This document shows, in pieces, positions 52,929-63,800 of a stretch of 64,000 bases of DNA; positions within the stretch are counted from its first letter, which is position 1, and the number at the start of each line of letters is the position of its first letter. This stretch comes from Tagaea sp. CACIAM 22H2. GTDB lineage: Bacteria; Pseudomonadota; Alphaproteobacteria; CACIAM-22H2. A program made the position numbers and the translations under genes. The stretch covers positions 2,768 to 66,767 of the forward strand of contig PVXE01000004.1 in NCBI GenBank assembly GCA_014444615.1. The letters are read 5' to 3'. The notes under the pieces are model-generated. The model saw only the letters and a program-made list of their open reading frames with translations. It searched no databases and had not been told where the DNA came from.

Positions 52929-53717
52929 TCACGCGGGCTTGGGCGGGCGCGACATCAGCCACGCCCCGGCCGCCAGCATCGGCAGCGACAGCACCATGCC
53001 CATCGTGATGGGGCCGAGCAGATAGCCCAGATGCGCGTCCGGCTCGCGGAAGAACTCGCCGATGATGCGCGCCACGCCATAGCCCGCGAGGAAAGCGCCC
53101 GCCACGAACCCGTCGCGCGCGCGCGCGTATTGCGTGCGGCCCACGACGAACAGCACGGCGAACAACGCCAAACCTTCCAGCGAGGCTTGATAAAGCTGGC
53201 TGGGGTGGCGCGGTTCCGGCCCGCCATGCGGGAAGACCATCGCCCAGGCGACGTCGCCGGGTCGTCCGAACAACTCCCCGTTCACGAAATTGGCGAGACG
53301 GCCGAAGAACAACCCGATGGGCACGGCTTGCGTGACCAGATCGCCGAGGCGGAAGAGCGAGATTTTCTCTTTCCGCGCGAACAGCACGATCGCGACGATC
53401 ACGCCCAACGCGCCGCCATGGAAACTCATCCCGCCCTTCCACAGATACAGCGCTTCCAGCGGCGCGGTGATGTAGTAGCCGGGCTTGTAGAACAGCACAT
53501 AGCCCAGGCGTCCGCCGGCGATCACGCCGAACGTGACCCAGACGACGAAATCGTCGAGCTTCTCCTTCGTCACCAGCGCCCAGGGCCCGGCGTTGAGATA
53601 GCCCGCATAACGCCAGCCGCCGAGAATGCCGGCGATATAGGCAAGCGCGTACCAGCGGATCGCGATCGGACCGATGGCGATGGCGACGGGATCGATATCG
53701 GGAAAGGCGAGCGCCAT
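52929..53717 (-). CDS. lgt: prolipoprotein diacylglyceryl transferase
   Basis: Trimmed to MALAFPDIDPVAI (262 aa); Lgt signature GGALGVI...GRLANFVNGELFGRP. Confidence 0.85.
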   Translation of the reverse strand: MALAFPDIDPVAIAIGPIAIRWYALAYIAGILGGWRYAGYLNAGPWALVTKEKLDDFVVWVTFGVIAGGRLGYVLFYKPGYYITAPLEALYLWKGGMSFHGGALGVIVAIVLFARKEKISLFRLGDLVTQAVPIGLFFGRLANFVNGELFGRPGDVAWAMVFPHGGPEPRHPSQLYQASLEGLALFAVLFVVGRTQYARARDGFVAGAFLAGYGVARIIGEFFREPDAHLGYLLGPITMGMVLSLPMLAAGAWLMSRPPKPA

Positions 53718-54706
53718 CAGACGTACGGATCTTCTTTGACGAGATGATCGAGCACGTATTTTCGCACGCCGTCTTCCAGCGACGTAAATTGCCGCGTGTA
53801 ACCGGCGGCGCGCAGCCGCTCCATCTTCGCTTCGGTGAAATACTGATACTTGTCGCGGATCGCTTCGGGCGTGTCGCGCCACGCGATCTGCGCGTTCTTG
53901 CCCAGGGCTGCGTAAACGGCGGTCGCGAGGTCGAGGAAGCTGCGCGCGTGGCCCGTACCTAGATTGAACAGGCCCGAGACCTTCGGATGGTCGCGCAGCC
54001 ACAACATCACGTCGACCACGTCGCCGACCCAAATGAAGTCGCGCTGCTGCCCGCCATCGGGAATGCCTTCGCGGTGCGAGCGGAACAGCGGGAACGCTTC
54101 GCCCTTCGCGGCGACCGGCTGCACTTGATGCACGACCGAGCGCATGCCGCCTTTATGGCCTTCATTGGGGCCGTAGACGTTGAAGAACTTCAAGCCCACA
54201 TGCTGGCGCGGGCGCGCGGCGTTCTTGTCGCGCAGCAGATCGGCGACGCGCCGGTCGACCATATGCTTCGACCAGCCATAGGGGTTCAACGGCTGCAGCT
54301 TCGCGAGGGCGGCGGGCGACGGATCGTCGTCGAACCCGTTTGTGCCATCGCCATAGGTCGCGGCCGAGGACGCGTAGATGAACGCCGCCCCGTTCGCCGA
54401 ACACCAATCCCACAGATCGAGAGTGGCGCGGATATTGGTCCGTATGATCGAGTCCACGTCGGTTTCGGTGGTCGCCGAATTGGCGCCCATATGGAAGATC
54501 GTCTCGATCTTGCCTTTGCGCGCGGCGAGGAAATCGGCGAGATCGTCGGGGCGCACCACATCGGCCAGCACGCGCTTGGCCACGTTCTTCCATTTGTCGC
54601 CAGTACCAAACCAGTCGACGCAGACAAGCTCGCGCGCCCCTTGCGCTTCCAAGCCAGCGAGAAGATTCGAACCGATGAAGCCGGCGCCGCCGGTGACCAC
54701 GATCAT
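53717..54706 (-). CDS. hldD: ADP-L-glycero-D-manno-heptose-6-epimerase
   Basis: Trimmed to MIVVTGGAGFIGSN; near-colinear with E. coli HldD (FHMGANS, YASSAATYG, YGWSK, FFNVYGPNEGHKG, FNLGTG). Confidence 0.85.
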   Translation of the reverse strand: MIVVTGGAGFIGSNLLAGLEAQGARELVCVDWFGTGDKWKNVAKRVLADVVRPDDLADFLAARKGKIETIFHMGANSATTETDVDSIIRTNIRATLDLWDWCSANGAAFIYASSAATYGDGTNGFDDDPSPAALAKLQPLNPYGWSKHMVDRRVADLLRDKNAARPRQHVGLKFFNVYGPNEGHKGGMRSVVHQVQPVAAKGEAFPLFRSHREGIPDGGQQRDFIWVGDVVDVMLWLRDHPKVSGLFNLGTGHARSFLDLATAVYAALGKNAQIAWRDTPEAIRDKYQYFTEAKMERLRAAGYTRQFTSLEDGVRKYVLDHLVKEDPYV

Positions 54707-54771
54707 GGGCCGCTTATAGGCGCGACACGATGGGCGTTGCAACGGCGCGGGGCCCTCGCCATATTCCGATC

Positions 54772-55044
54772 ATGCAGACCGACAACAAAATCCTCGACGA
54801 TCTGTCGCGCGCGGCCACCGGCGCCCTTTCCGCCTTCACGGCGATGCGCCAAGAAGTGGAAGGCCAGATGCGCCTGGTGCTCGAGCGCTGGCTGCAAACG
54901 CAAAATCTCGTGGCGCGCGAGGAATTCGAGGCCGTGAAGGAAATGGCGTCGAACGCGCGCATCGAAAACGAGCGCTTGGCGGCGCGTTTGGCCGAATTGG
55001 AATCCGAAATCAATCGGTTGAAGAGCGGTACGCCGTCGGCGTGA
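54772..55044 (+). CDS. ubiK: UbiK/BMFP-family accessory factor
   Basis: Trimmed to MQTDNKILDDLSRAATGALS; about 90-aa coiled-coil protein of UbiK type. Confidence 0.6.
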   Translation: MQTDNKILDDLSRAATGALSAFTAMRQEVEGQMRLVLERWLQTQNLVAREEFEAVKEMASNARIENERLAARLAELESEINRLKSGTPSA

Positions 55045-55259
55045 GCCCCCCGCGACTTGCTAGATTTTGCGTTCGAGGCGCCGGACCCTGCGCAAGAATT
55101 CAAAATCTTGTGGGTCGTCCGGGCAAAGTGCTTGATCCCTTGACTCTCGTTTGGCACCCTAACCCTAGTGGTTGAACGTCGAGTCGCAAGCCCCCTCCAT
55201 CGCGGACTTGCGCCTGACGGACGCCGAAAGGGTAAATCCCGATTGGGAGTCTACAGGGC

Positions 55260-55763
55260 ATGGTCGACGTCTCGGTACAGACTTCCGAATACGCAGCTAA
55301 CCCCCTGGATATCATCGAAGAAATCGTCACCGCCAACGAATGGCCGTTCGATCGTTCGGCCGAGGAAGAGTTGGTGGCCCAGGTTCCCGGGCGCTGGTGC
55401 GACTACCGCATCTACTTCGCCTGGAACGAGGATATGAGCGCGCTGCACTTTTCCTGCGCGCTGGACCTCAAACTGCCCAAACATCGCCGCGGCGTGGTCG
55501 CGGAGCTGCTGGCGCTGGCCAACGAGCGCCTGTGGCTCGGCCATTTCGACCTGTCGGGCGACGAAGGCCTGCCGACCTTCCGGCATGCGGTTCCGTTGCG
55601 CGGGGCGCGCGGCGCCACGGTCGAACAGATCGAAGATCTGGTCGATGTCGCCCTGTCGGAATGCGAGCGCTTCTACCCGGCGTTCCAATACGTCGTGTGG
55701 GGCGGCAAGGATCCGGCCGAAGCGGTCGCCGCCGCGTGCCTCGATCCCATGGGAGAAGCGTAA
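55260..55763 (+). CDS. YbjN-domain protein (putative sensory transduction regulator)
   Basis: 167 aa; NPLDIIEEIVTANEWPFDR...SCALDLKLP pattern of YbjN family. Confidence 0.6.
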   Translation: MVDVSVQTSEYAANPLDIIEEIVTANEWPFDRSAEEELVAQVPGRWCDYRIYFAWNEDMSALHFSCALDLKLPKHRRGVVAELLALANERLWLGHFDLSGDEGLPTFRHAVPLRGARGATVEQIEDLVDVALSECERFYPAFQYVVWGGKDPAEAVAAACLDPMGEA

Positions 55764-55860
55764 AGCTTCGACCCTCGAAAGCACGCGAAGCCTAAGTTCG
55801 ACGATTGATTTTCGCGTCTGCCTCGGCCACACCCGTTCCGCACGGAACGGGAGTGAAGCG

Positions 55861-56661
55861 ATGCGCACCAGCATTCTGTTGATCGGCTGCGGCAAGATGG
55901 GCGGCGCCATGCTCGAAGGCTGGCGCGCCGATCCCGCGTTGGGGCCGTTCGTGACGGTGGAACCGGGCGACGGCGATGCGCCGTTTCGCGGCAAGAAAGA
56001 CATTACGTGCGTGAAGCGCATCGACGAAATCCCGGCGGGTTTCGCGCCCGACGCGATCATCGTCGCGACCAAGCCGCAAGTGATGGAAACGGTGCTGCCG
56101 CCCTATCGCGCGATGGCCGCGAAGGCGCTGGTGCTGTCGATCGCCGCCGGCCGGCGGATCGAGTTTCTTGAAAAGCATCTGGGCGATGTCGCGGTCATCC
56201 GCACGATGCCCAACACGCCCGCCGCGATCGGGCGCGGCATTTCGGTTTGCGTCGCCAATGCGCGCGCCAGCCAAGCGCAGCGCGACCTCGCGACCAAGCT
56301 GATGGGTGCCGTCGGCGAAGTCGGCTGGGTCGACGACGAAACGTTGATCGACGCGGTGACCGCCGTATCCGGCTCGGGCCCGGCCTATGTGTTTCTGCTG
56401 GCCGAGGCGATGGCGGCGGCGGGCGTCAAAGCCGGCCTCTCCGAAGACCTCGCCACGCGGCTTGCGCGCGCCACCGTGTCGGGCGCGGGTGAATTGCTGC
56501 GCCAGTCGACGGAAAGCGCGGCACAATTGCGCAAGAACGTCACCTCGCCCGGCGGCACAACCCAGGCGGCGCTGGACGTTCTCATGGGGCCGGGCGGCCT
56601 GCCGGACCTCCTGGAAAAGGCGGTCGCCGCCGCCCAGCGCCGGGGCCGGGAATTGGCCTAG
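55861..56661 (+). CDS. proC: pyrroline-5-carboxylate reductase
   Basis: Trimmed to MRTSILLIGCGKMGGAML (Rossmann); IRTMPNTPA, GSGPAYVF, TSPGGTT motifs. Confidence 0.85.
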   Translation: MRTSILLIGCGKMGGAMLEGWRADPALGPFVTVEPGDGDAPFRGKKDITCVKRIDEIPAGFAPDAIIVATKPQVMETVLPPYRAMAAKALVLSIAAGRRIEFLEKHLGDVAVIRTMPNTPAAIGRGISVCVANARASQAQRDLATKLMGAVGEVGWVDDETLIDAVTAVSGSGPAYVFLLAEAMAAAGVKAGLSEDLATRLARATVSGAGELLRQSTESAAQLRKNVTSPGGTTQAALDVLMGPGGLPDLLEKAVAAAQRRGRELA

Positions 56662-56738
56662 AAATTCGGCAAAAACCCCCGTTACACCGGCGTTAAACCG
56701 GCGGTGGACAGGCCGCCCCCTCGCTGTTATTTTCCCGC

Positions 56739-56788
56739 CGCCCGCGTACCGAGGGAGTCTCCTCGGGTCGCGGGCGTGTCATTTTTTC
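56739..56788 (+). terminator. Rho-independent terminator after proC
   Basis: CCCGCG ta CCGAGG gagtct CCTCGG gt CGCGGG cgtgtc ATTTTTT. Confidence 0.5.
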
Positions 56789-56828
56789 GACGGTTTTTCA
56801 ACGCCTTAAAGGGCTCGGTCCGGTCGTC

Positions 56829-57761
56829 ATGAAACTCCTCGCCGGGAATTCCAATCGCCCGCTCGCCGAGCAGGTGGCCAAAAGCCTGGATCTGCAGCTG
56901 ACGCACGCCAATGTGCGACGCTTCGCCGACCAGGAGGTGTTCGTCGAAATTCTGGAAAACGTGCGCGGCGAGGACGTGTTCGTCCTGCAATCGACCTCGT
57001 ACCCCGCCAACGACAATCTGATGGAATTGCTGGTCGCGATCGATGCGCTGCGGCGCGGTTCGGCGCGGCGCATCACCGCGGTGCTGCCCTATTACGGCTA
57101 TGCCCGCCAGGACCGTAAGTCCGGCCCGCGCACGCCGATCTCGGCCAAGCTGGTCGCGAACCTGATTACCGAAGCCGGCGCCAATCGCGTCGTGACGCTC
57201 GACCTGCATGCGGGTCAGATCCAGGGCTTCTTCGATATTCCGCTCGACAATCTGTTCTCGGCCCCCACCTTCACCAAGGACATCCGCGAGCGTTTCCACG
57301 GCAAGGACCTCGTGATGGTCTCGCCGGACGTCGGCGGTGTGGTGCGCGCGCGCGCCGTCGCCAAGCGCCTGGAAGCCGATCTCGCCATCATCGACAAGCG
57401 CCGCGAGCGTGCCGGCGTGTCGGAAGTGATGAACATCATCGGCGACGTGAAGGGCCGCACCTGCATCCTGATCGACGACATCGTCGATTCCGCCGGCACG
57501 CTGTGCAACGCGGCCGTCGCGTTGATGGAAGAAGGGGCGACCGAAGTGTGGGCCTATGTGGTCCACGGCGTGTTGTCGGGCGGTGCGGTTCAGCGCGTCG
57601 CCGCTTCGCCGCTCAAGGAACTCGTCATCACCGATTCGATCGTCGCGACCGACGCGGTCAAGGCGACCAAGAATATCCGTCAGATTCCGATCGCGCCGCT
57701 GCTGGCGGAAGCCATGCGGCGCATCAACGAAGAGCGTTCGGTCTCCAGTCTTTTCGACTGA
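56829..57761 (+). CDS. prs: ribose-phosphate pyrophosphokinase
   Basis: 310 aa; PRPP-binding loop [27 protein letters not shown]. Confidence 0.9.
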   Translation: MKLLAGNSNRPLAEQVAKSLDLQLTHANVRRFADQEVFVEILENVRGEDVFVLQSTSYPANDNLMELLVAIDALRRGSARRITAVLPYYGYARQDRKSGPRTPISAKLVANLITEAGANRVVTLDLHAGQIQGFFDIPLDNLFSAPTFTKDIRERFHGKDLVMVSPDVGGVVRARAVAKRLEADLAIIDKRRERAGVSEVMNIIGDVKGRTCILIDDIVDSAGTLCNAAVALMEEGATEVWAYVVHGVLSGGAVQRVAASPLKELVITDSIVATDAVKATKNIRQIPIAPLLAEAMRRINEERSVSSLFD

Positions 57762-57836
57762 GGACCGGACATCCCGGCGCTTGGGACAACCCTGGAGGTC
57801 CGGCGCCGGCAACCGAGAGAGAAGGAAGAGAAAACG

Positions 57837-58556
57837 ATGGCTACCATCAACAAGCTCGCGGCCGAGCCGCGTGAAGGGGCTGGAAAAGGGGCCGCCCGAG
57901 CTGTGCGTCGCGCGGGCCGCGTGCCCGCCGTGATCTACGGCGAAAAGACGACCCCGACCCTGATTTCGCTCGACCCGCGCGACGTGATGCGCGAAGCGTC
58001 GAAGACCGGGTTCTTCACCCGTCTTTACGAAGTCGAAGTCGCGGGCAAAACCCATCGCGTGCTGCCGCGCGATATCCAGTTCCATCCGGTCAACGACCGT
58101 CCGGAACATGTCGACTTCCAGCGCGTGGGCTCGGCCAGCCGCGTGCGCGTCGAAGTGCCGGTCAAGGTCGAGAACGCGGAAAAGTCGCCGGGCCTGAAGC
58201 GCGGCGGCGTCGTCAACCTCGTGCGCCATACGATCGAATTGTGGTCGCATCCCGAGAAGATCCCGTCGAAGATCGTCATCGATCTCGGCAGCCTCGACAT
58301 CGGCGATTCGGTGCACATCAACGCGATCAAGCTGCCCGAAGGCGTGAAGCCGACGATCGCGCGCAACTTCACCGTCTTGGCGCTGCGCGCCCCGTCGGTG
58401 CAGAAGGAAGCGGAAGCCGCCCCGACCGCCGCCGCGGCGGAAGGTGCCGCCGCCGCCCCGGCCGCGGGTGCCGCCGCACCGGCCGCCAAGGCCGGCGATG
58501 CGAAGGCCGCCGCACCGGCCGCCGCCGCCGCCGCCAAGCCCGCCGCCAAGAAGTAA
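57837..58556 (+). CDS. rplY: 50S ribosomal protein L25 / general stress protein Ctc, with Ala/Lys-rich C-terminal tail
   Basis: N-terminal L25 5S-rRNA-binding beta-barrel (RAGRVPAVIYG) plus Ctc extension; low-complexity AAAP/K tail. Confidence 0.85.
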   Translation: MATINKLAAEPREGAGKGAARAVRRAGRVPAVIYGEKTTPTLISLDPRDVMREASKTGFFTRLYEVEVAGKTHRVLPRDIQFHPVNDRPEHVDFQRVGSASRVRVEVPVKVENAEKSPGLKRGGVVNLVRHTIELWSHPEKIPSKIVIDLGSLDIGDSVHINAIKLPEGVKPTIARNFTVLALRAPSVQKEAEAAPTAAAAEGAAAAPAAGAAAPAAKAGDAKAAAPAAAAAAKPAAKK

Positions 58557-58592
58557 GGCGGCGCGGTTCGCGCACGTATCGGGGTCCGGGCC

Positions 58593-59177
58593 ATGAAGCT
58601 CCTGGTCGGGCTCGGCAACCCGGGCCCCGAATACGCGCGAAACCGGCACAATATCGGCTTCATGGCGCTGGACGCGGTCGCGTCCGCCTTCAGTTTCGGG
58701 CCGTGGAAGCGCCGCTTCCAGGGCGAGACCTGCGAAGGTCTGATCGGCGGCGACAAAGTCGTTGCGCTGAAGCCGCTGACCTACATGAACCTGTCCGGCC
58801 AATCCGTGGGCGAGGCCGCGCGGTTCCTGAAGATTCCGCCGAGCGACATCGTGGTGATCCACGACGAGCTCGATTTGCCGCCCGCCAAACTGCGCACCAA
58901 AATCGGCGGCGGGCATGGCGGGCATAACGGATTGAAGTCGATCGACGCCCATCTCGGCACCAAGGATTACGTCCGGGTGCGCTTGGGTATCGGCCATCCT
59001 GGCGACAAGAATCTCGTCGCCGATTACGTGCTCCACGATTTCGGCAAGGGCGACATGGCCTGGGTGCACGACATGGTCGACGCGATCGCCGACAACCTGG
59101 CCACGCTGCTGAAAGGCGACGAGGCCGGCTTCATGAACAAGATCGTGCGCGCCCTCGAGCCGCCGAAAACGAAATAG
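58593..59177 (+). CDS. pth: peptidyl-tRNA hydrolase
   Basis: [31 protein letters not shown] signatures. Confidence 0.9.
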   Translation: MKLLVGLGNPGPEYARNRHNIGFMALDAVASAFSFGPWKRRFQGETCEGLIGGDKVVALKPLTYMNLSGQSVGEAARFLKIPPSDIVVIHDELDLPPAKLRTKIGGGHGGHNGLKSIDAHLGTKDYVRVRLGIGHPGDKNLVADYVLHDFGKGDMAWVHDMVDAIADNLATLLKGDEAGFMNKIVRALEPPKTK

Positions 59178-59185
59178 AGGACGAG

Positions 59186-60286
59186 ATGGGTTTCCGTTGC
59201 GGCATTGTGGGTCTTCCCAACGTCGGCAAGTCGACGCTGTTCAACGCGCTGACGGCGACCGCCGCGGCCGCCGCCGCCAACTATCCCTTCTGCACGATCG
59301 AGCCGAATGTGGGCCGCGTGCCCGTGCCCGATCCGCGCCTCGACAAGCTCGCGGAGCTCGGCAAGTCGCAGAAGATCCTGCCCACGCAGCTTGAGTTCGT
59401 CGATATCGCGGGCCTCGTGCGCGGCGCCTCGAAGGGCGAAGGGCTCGGCAACCAGTTCCTGGGCCATATCCGCGAGGTCGACGCCATCGCGCATGTGCTG
59501 CGCTGCTTCGAAGGCGGGGACATCACGCATGTGGAAGGCTCGATCGATCCGATCCGCGACGCGGAGACGGTCGAGACCGAATTGATGCTCGCCGATATGG
59601 ACAGCCTCGAAAAGCGCCTGCCGAATTTGCAAAAGAAGGCCAAGACCGGCGACAAGGAAGCCAAGGCGGCGCTCGAAGTGGTCGAGCCCGTGCTGGCGGC
59701 GCTGCGCGACGGCAAGCCCGCGCGCACCGTGAAGCCCTCGGCCGAACTCGCCGAGACCTATCGCCAGCTTCAGCTCATCACCTCGAAGCCCGTGCTTTAC
59801 GTGTGCAATGTCGAGGAAGCATCGGCCGACAAGGGCAATTCGCTCAGCGCCAAGGTCGCCGAGATGGCGGCCAAGCAAGGCGCCAGCTCGGTCGTGATTT
59901 CGGCGGCGATCGAAGCCGAGATTTCGCAATTGCCGACCGACGAGGAGCGCAAGGAATTCCTCGCCTCGCTGGGCCTCGAAGAAACAGGCTTGGCGCGCGT
60001 GATCCGCGCGGGCTACGGGTTGCTGGGTTTGCAGACCTTCTTCACCGTTGGCCCGAAGGAAGCGCGCGCCTGGACCGTGCGCAAAGGCGCCAAGGCGCCC
60101 GAAGCCGCCGGCGCCATCCACACCGATTTCGAGCGCGGCTTCATCGCGGCCGAAACCATCGCCTATGACGACTACGTGAAGCTCGGCGGCGAGCAAGGCG
60201 CCAAAGAAGCGGGCAAGGCGCGCACCGAAGGGCGCGACTACCTCGTCCAGGACGGCGACGTGTTCCTGTTCCGCTTCAACGTGTGA
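59186..60286 (+). CDS. ychF: redox-regulated ribosome-binding ATPase YchF (Obg-family GTPase fold, TGS domain)
   Basis: [28 protein letters not shown]-terminal TGS ([13 protein letters not shown]). Confidence 0.9.
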   Translation: MGFRCGIVGLPNVGKSTLFNALTATAAAAAANYPFCTIEPNVGRVPVPDPRLDKLAELGKSQKILPTQLEFVDIAGLVRGASKGEGLGNQFLGHIREVDAIAHVLRCFEGGDITHVEGSIDPIRDAETVETELMLADMDSLEKRLPNLQKKAKTGDKEAKAALEVVEPVLAALRDGKPARTVKPSAELAETYRQLQLITSKPVLYVCNVEEASADKGNSLSAKVAEMAAKQGASSVVISAAIEAEISQLPTDEERKEFLASLGLEETGLARVIRAGYGLLGLQTFFTVGPKEARAWTVRKGAKAPEAAGAIHTDFERGFIAAETIAYDDYVKLGGEQGAKEAGKARTEGRDYLVQDGDVFLFRFNV

Positions 60287-60370
60287 TTTCCGTCACAGCT
60301 TGACCGCACAATTTTCATTTAGCATCCTTCGAGCAACGAATGATAATTCGATGTTCGGGGTGCTTTCGCC

Positions 60371-61072
60371 ATGGTGGTGTCCGCTCTACGGCTGGGATTC
60401 GTTCTGGGCCTTGCCGCGCTGCTTGCCGGTTGCGTTCAAAATCACCATCGGCTGACCGAGAACCTGGTTCGCGCCGCCGATAAACCGCCGGTCATTCTCG
60501 TGTTGCCCGTCGACGCCGAGTTGTCGGAGTTGTCGTTCGGCGGCGCGCCGACGATCCGGCAGGATTGGACCGTTGCCGCGCGCGAAAACATGAATCAGGC
60601 GCTCCACGCGAGCTTCGCCGACAAGAACGCCAACATCGCCTTTCATAACGGCGACGTCGACGACGACGATCTGGCCAAGATTCTCCGCCTGCATGCGGCC
60701 GTCGGCCGTTCGATCTTGATCCACCAATACGAGGGTCCGAGCAAACTGCCGACGAAGCAGGGGAAGTTCGAGTGGACGCTGGGGCCTTCGATCGGACGTC
60801 TGGCCGACAAGACAAGCGCCGACTACGTGCTTTTCGTCCATGTCCGCGATTCCTATTCCGGCCCGGGGCGCGTCGCCGCCCAGGTTATCGCGGCCGCGGT
60901 CTTCGGCGTGGCGATTCAGGGCGGAGCGCAGATCGGCTTCGCTTCGTTGGTCGATCTGAAGTCCGGCGACTTCGTCTGGTACAATCGTTTGGTACGCGGC
61001 GCCGGCGATCTTCGCACGGCCGAACCGGCGAAGGAGACCGTCGCCGCGCTGCTGACCGGCCTGCCCCAATGA
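60371..61072 (+). CDS. hypothetical lipoprotein
   Basis: Signal peptide + lipobox LAGC; 233 aa. Confidence 0.5.
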   Translation: MVVSALRLGFVLGLAALLAGCVQNHHRLTENLVRAADKPPVILVLPVDAELSELSFGGAPTIRQDWTVAARENMNQALHASFADKNANIAFHNGDVDDDDLAKILRLHAAVGRSILIHQYEGPSKLPTKQGKFEWTLGPSIGRLADKTSADYVLFVHVRDSYSGPGRVAAQVIAAAVFGVAIQGGAQIGFASLVDLKSGDFVWYNRLVRGAGDLRTAEPAKETVAALLTGLPQ

Positions 61073-62280
61073 ATCTCGCGCGCCGCGGTTTCCTGACCGG
61101 CGGCTGCGCGTTTTGCGCCGGCGGATTGCTGGCCTGTACCCCGACAGCGCCTGACGGCGCACAACCGCAAACCGGCGGAATGGGTGCCCACAGCGACCTT
61201 GCCGCGCGCAATACGCCGGGCGTGCGGACCGGCGTTTCCGCCGATGCCGACGACGGTTTGCGCGCGACGATGGATCAGATGGAAGCCCGGCTGCGCACAT
61301 CGCGCTTCCTGATCCGCGAGCCGAAGGCGAACGCCTATGTCCGCCGTATCGTGCGGGATTTGGCCGGTGACTACGCTGGCGATATCCGCGCGTATTTGGT
61401 CCGCGTGCCGTTCTTCAACGCCAGCCAGGCCCCCAACGGCATGATGCAGATCTATTCCGGCCTGCTGCTGCGTTGCACGAACGAAGCCCAGATGGCCGCC
61501 GTGCTCGGGCACGAGATCGGCCACTATTTGCGCGCGCATAGTCGCCAAAGAATGCAGGACGCGCGCAATGCGGCGGATATGGCGCAGGTTTTCGCGTTCA
61601 TCTTCGCGGGCCTGGGCGCGCCGCAGTTGAACAGCGCGACCGATATCATCCTGACGGCAAGCTTCTTCGCCTATGGCCGCGACCAGGAACGCGAATCCGA
61701 CGAGATCGGCATGCGTCTTTTGTCCCAGCACGGCCTTTCGCCGATCGAAGCGGCGCGCAATTGGGAGAACCTGATCGCGGAAGACCAGGCGACCGGCATA
61801 TCGAAGTATCGCGACGTGCTGCGCGCGAGCCACCCCGATCAATCCGAACGCGCCGAAACGTTGCGGCGACGGGCCGGCGAATTGCCGACGGGCGTTACGC
61901 GGGCCGATGAATACCGCGAGGGCATCGGCGCGCTGCGCGAGGTCATGTTCGAGGACCAAATCCGTACCGGCTCGCACGCCGTGACGATGCTGATCGCCGA
62001 CCGCTGGCTAGCCGCCGATTCCAAGGACGGTTTGCCGCTCTACGCCAAAGGTGAGGCTTTGCGCCAGCGGGCGGGCGACGGCGACGATACGAAAGCCGTC
62101 GAATCGTTGGCCGCCGCCGTCGCCGATTCGCGTGCACCCGCCGTTGCTTGGCGGTCGTTGGCTCTGGTTCAGCGTAAACTCGGCCGGGAAGGCGAAGCGC
62201 GCGAAGCCTTTCGCGAGTATCTGCGGCTTGCTCCCGATGCGCCCGATCGCGAGATCGTGCGCCGCAATCTACAAGGATGA
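61069..62280 (+). CDS. M48-family zinc metalloprotease with Tat-type signal and C-terminal TPR-like region
   Basis: MNLARRGFLTGGCAFCAG (twin-arginine-like), HEXXH LGHEIGHYL, downstream E (ESDEIG); ATGA overlap with upstream lipoprotein gene. Confidence 0.65.
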   Translation: MNLARRGFLTGGCAFCAGGLLACTPTAPDGAQPQTGGMGAHSDLAARNTPGVRTGVSADADDGLRATMDQMEARLRTSRFLIREPKANAYVRRIVRDLAGDYAGDIRAYLVRVPFFNASQAPNGMMQIYSGLLLRCTNEAQMAAVLGHEIGHYLRAHSRQRMQDARNAADMAQVFAFIFAGLGAPQLNSATDIILTASFFAYGRDQERESDEIGMRLLSQHGLSPIEAARNWENLIAEDQATGISKYRDVLRASHPDQSERAETLRRRAGELPTGVTRADEYREGIGALREVMFEDQIRTGSHAVTMLIADRWLAADSKDGLPLYAKGEALRQRAGDGDDTKAVESLAAAVADSRAPAVAWRSLALVQRKLGREGEAREAFREYLRLAPDAPDREIVRRNLQG

Positions 62281-62882
62281 AGATGCCCCGTATCCGTATT
62301 CTGCTTTGCGCCATCGCCGTCGCATTGTCGCTGACGGCTTGTCAGCACTACGCATCGATCGGCCCTGGCGATTACGACGTGCAGCAAAAGCTTGCCGTCA
62401 CGCTCGACCGCGCCTGGAACCGGCAGGTCGAAGGAGCGGGCCGGATATGCGCCGAATCCTGGACCAGCAACGGCCCGCTGCTCGATATGCTGTGTATCGT
62501 GCCGGGCGTCGCCGAAGGCAGTCCGGTCATCGGCAGCGGCGCGGAGGCGCCGCGTTTTCGCAACGGCATGACCGCGGCCGACATCGTCGAACTCGTGCAA
62601 ACCGGTCTCGCGCGATCGATGCAGGCGAGCGACTTCGTCCCGATCTCGATCGCGCCCGCGACGATCGCCGGACGCGAAGGGTTCCGCTTCGAATTCAAGT
62701 TCGGCGCCGGCCAATCGGCGATGGAGACCGATCGTCACGCGCTGGGCTACGCCTTTGAGGAGGAGAAGCGCCTCTATCTGATCCTCTTCCACGCCGCGGA
62801 GATTCATTATTTTCCGCAGATGAAGCCCATCGTGGAAGAAGTGGCGGCCTCCGCCCGGCTTCCCCGTCAGCGCCGGACCTGA
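62277..62882 (+). CDS. hypothetical lipoprotein
   Basis: Signal + lipobox LTAC; 201 aa; ATGA-coupled to the M48 protease gene. Confidence 0.45.
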   Translation: MKMPRIRILLCAIAVALSLTACQHYASIGPGDYDVQQKLAVTLDRAWNRQVEGAGRICAESWTSNGPLLDMLCIVPGVAEGSPVIGSGAEAPRFRNGMTAADIVELVQTGLARSMQASDFVPISIAPATIAGREGFRFEFKFGAGQSAMETDRHALGYAFEEEKRLYLILFHAAEIHYFPQMKPIVEEVAASARLPRQRRT

Positions 62883-62997
62883 ACCCGACCGTCCTTGCCA
62901 ATTCGCGCGTCCGCAAGCCATAGTCGTAGGCGACGAATATCGGACGCGCGCAAGGTAAGCCTGCGCGCTGCGCTGTACGGCGCCGAAGGAAACGGTC

Positions 62998-63654
62998 ATG
63001 CGACGTTTTAAACTCGCCTTAATTGCCGCCGCGGCGATGGCGCTTGCCGGATGCGGCATCAGCATCGAAGAAAACAATCGCGCCATAATGGCGATCGACT
63101 CGGAATGGGCGTCCGAGAATCACGCCATTTTCGAGAACGAAGCGCGCCGCAATTACGCCGTCGACAGTGACGTCGCGTTCACGGCATTGAATGCCGCCTT
63201 CGTCAAACTCTCGCTTCAGGTCCGTCAACGCGACAGGCAAAGCGGCGCGCTGATCGGCCGCGCGGTCGCGCCGCGCCCGCTCAGCGACGCCGAATGGCGG
63301 GCCGTCTCGGAGATCGAGTTGCCGCGCGTGAAGGAAGTCGTCTCGCGCGAAGTCGGCCCGGTCGCGGGGATGGTCGTGACGCTCTCGCCGTCCCAATATT
63401 TTCTGCAATTCGCCGCCAGCGTGACCGGCGACGAGGCACGCGCGCAGATCGCGTTCACGGGACGGATGGCCTCGATCGCGCCGATCCGCGGCTACTACTA
63501 CAACGAATTCATGCCCCCCGAGGCCTTACGGCGCGGCGTCGAGAAAATTTGGGCCGCTTTCGAGACGGAGTTGCGGGCGCAGGGCGTCGAGCCCCGGCAA
63601 ATACCCCGGCAAGCGGCGCCGAGCCGCCGATCCAACCCCGGCACCGCGCTGTAA
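62998..63654 (+). CDS. hypothetical lipoprotein
   Basis: Signal + lipobox LAGC; 218 aa. Confidence 0.45.
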   Translation: MRRFKLALIAAAAMALAGCGISIEENNRAIMAIDSEWASENHAIFENEARRNYAVDSDVAFTALNAAFVKLSLQVRQRDRQSGALIGRAVAPRPLSDAEWRAVSEIELPRVKEVVSREVGPVAGMVVTLSPSQYFLQFAASVTGDEARAQIAFTGRMASIAPIRGYYYNEFMPPEALRRGVEKIWAAFETELRAQGVEPRQIPRQAAPSRRSNPGTAL

Positions 63655-63800
63655 AACGGCAAATACGCCGCCCGAAATGCCGTAAAGCCCGATTCCGGCG
63701 GCGAAAAACCTCCCCGCCCTTGCCCGACTCGGGGCCGGACCGCCATAGTCTTGGACGGTGAATCCTGCGCGGAATGCCGCGCAAGAACAACGGGGAAACG

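Noticed and set aside
55045-55259. 215-bp intergenic region upstream of the ybjN-family gene as a possible sRNA or riboswitch
   Set aside because: No recognisable conserved riboswitch core or terminator structure could be identified by eye, so I do not call a feature.
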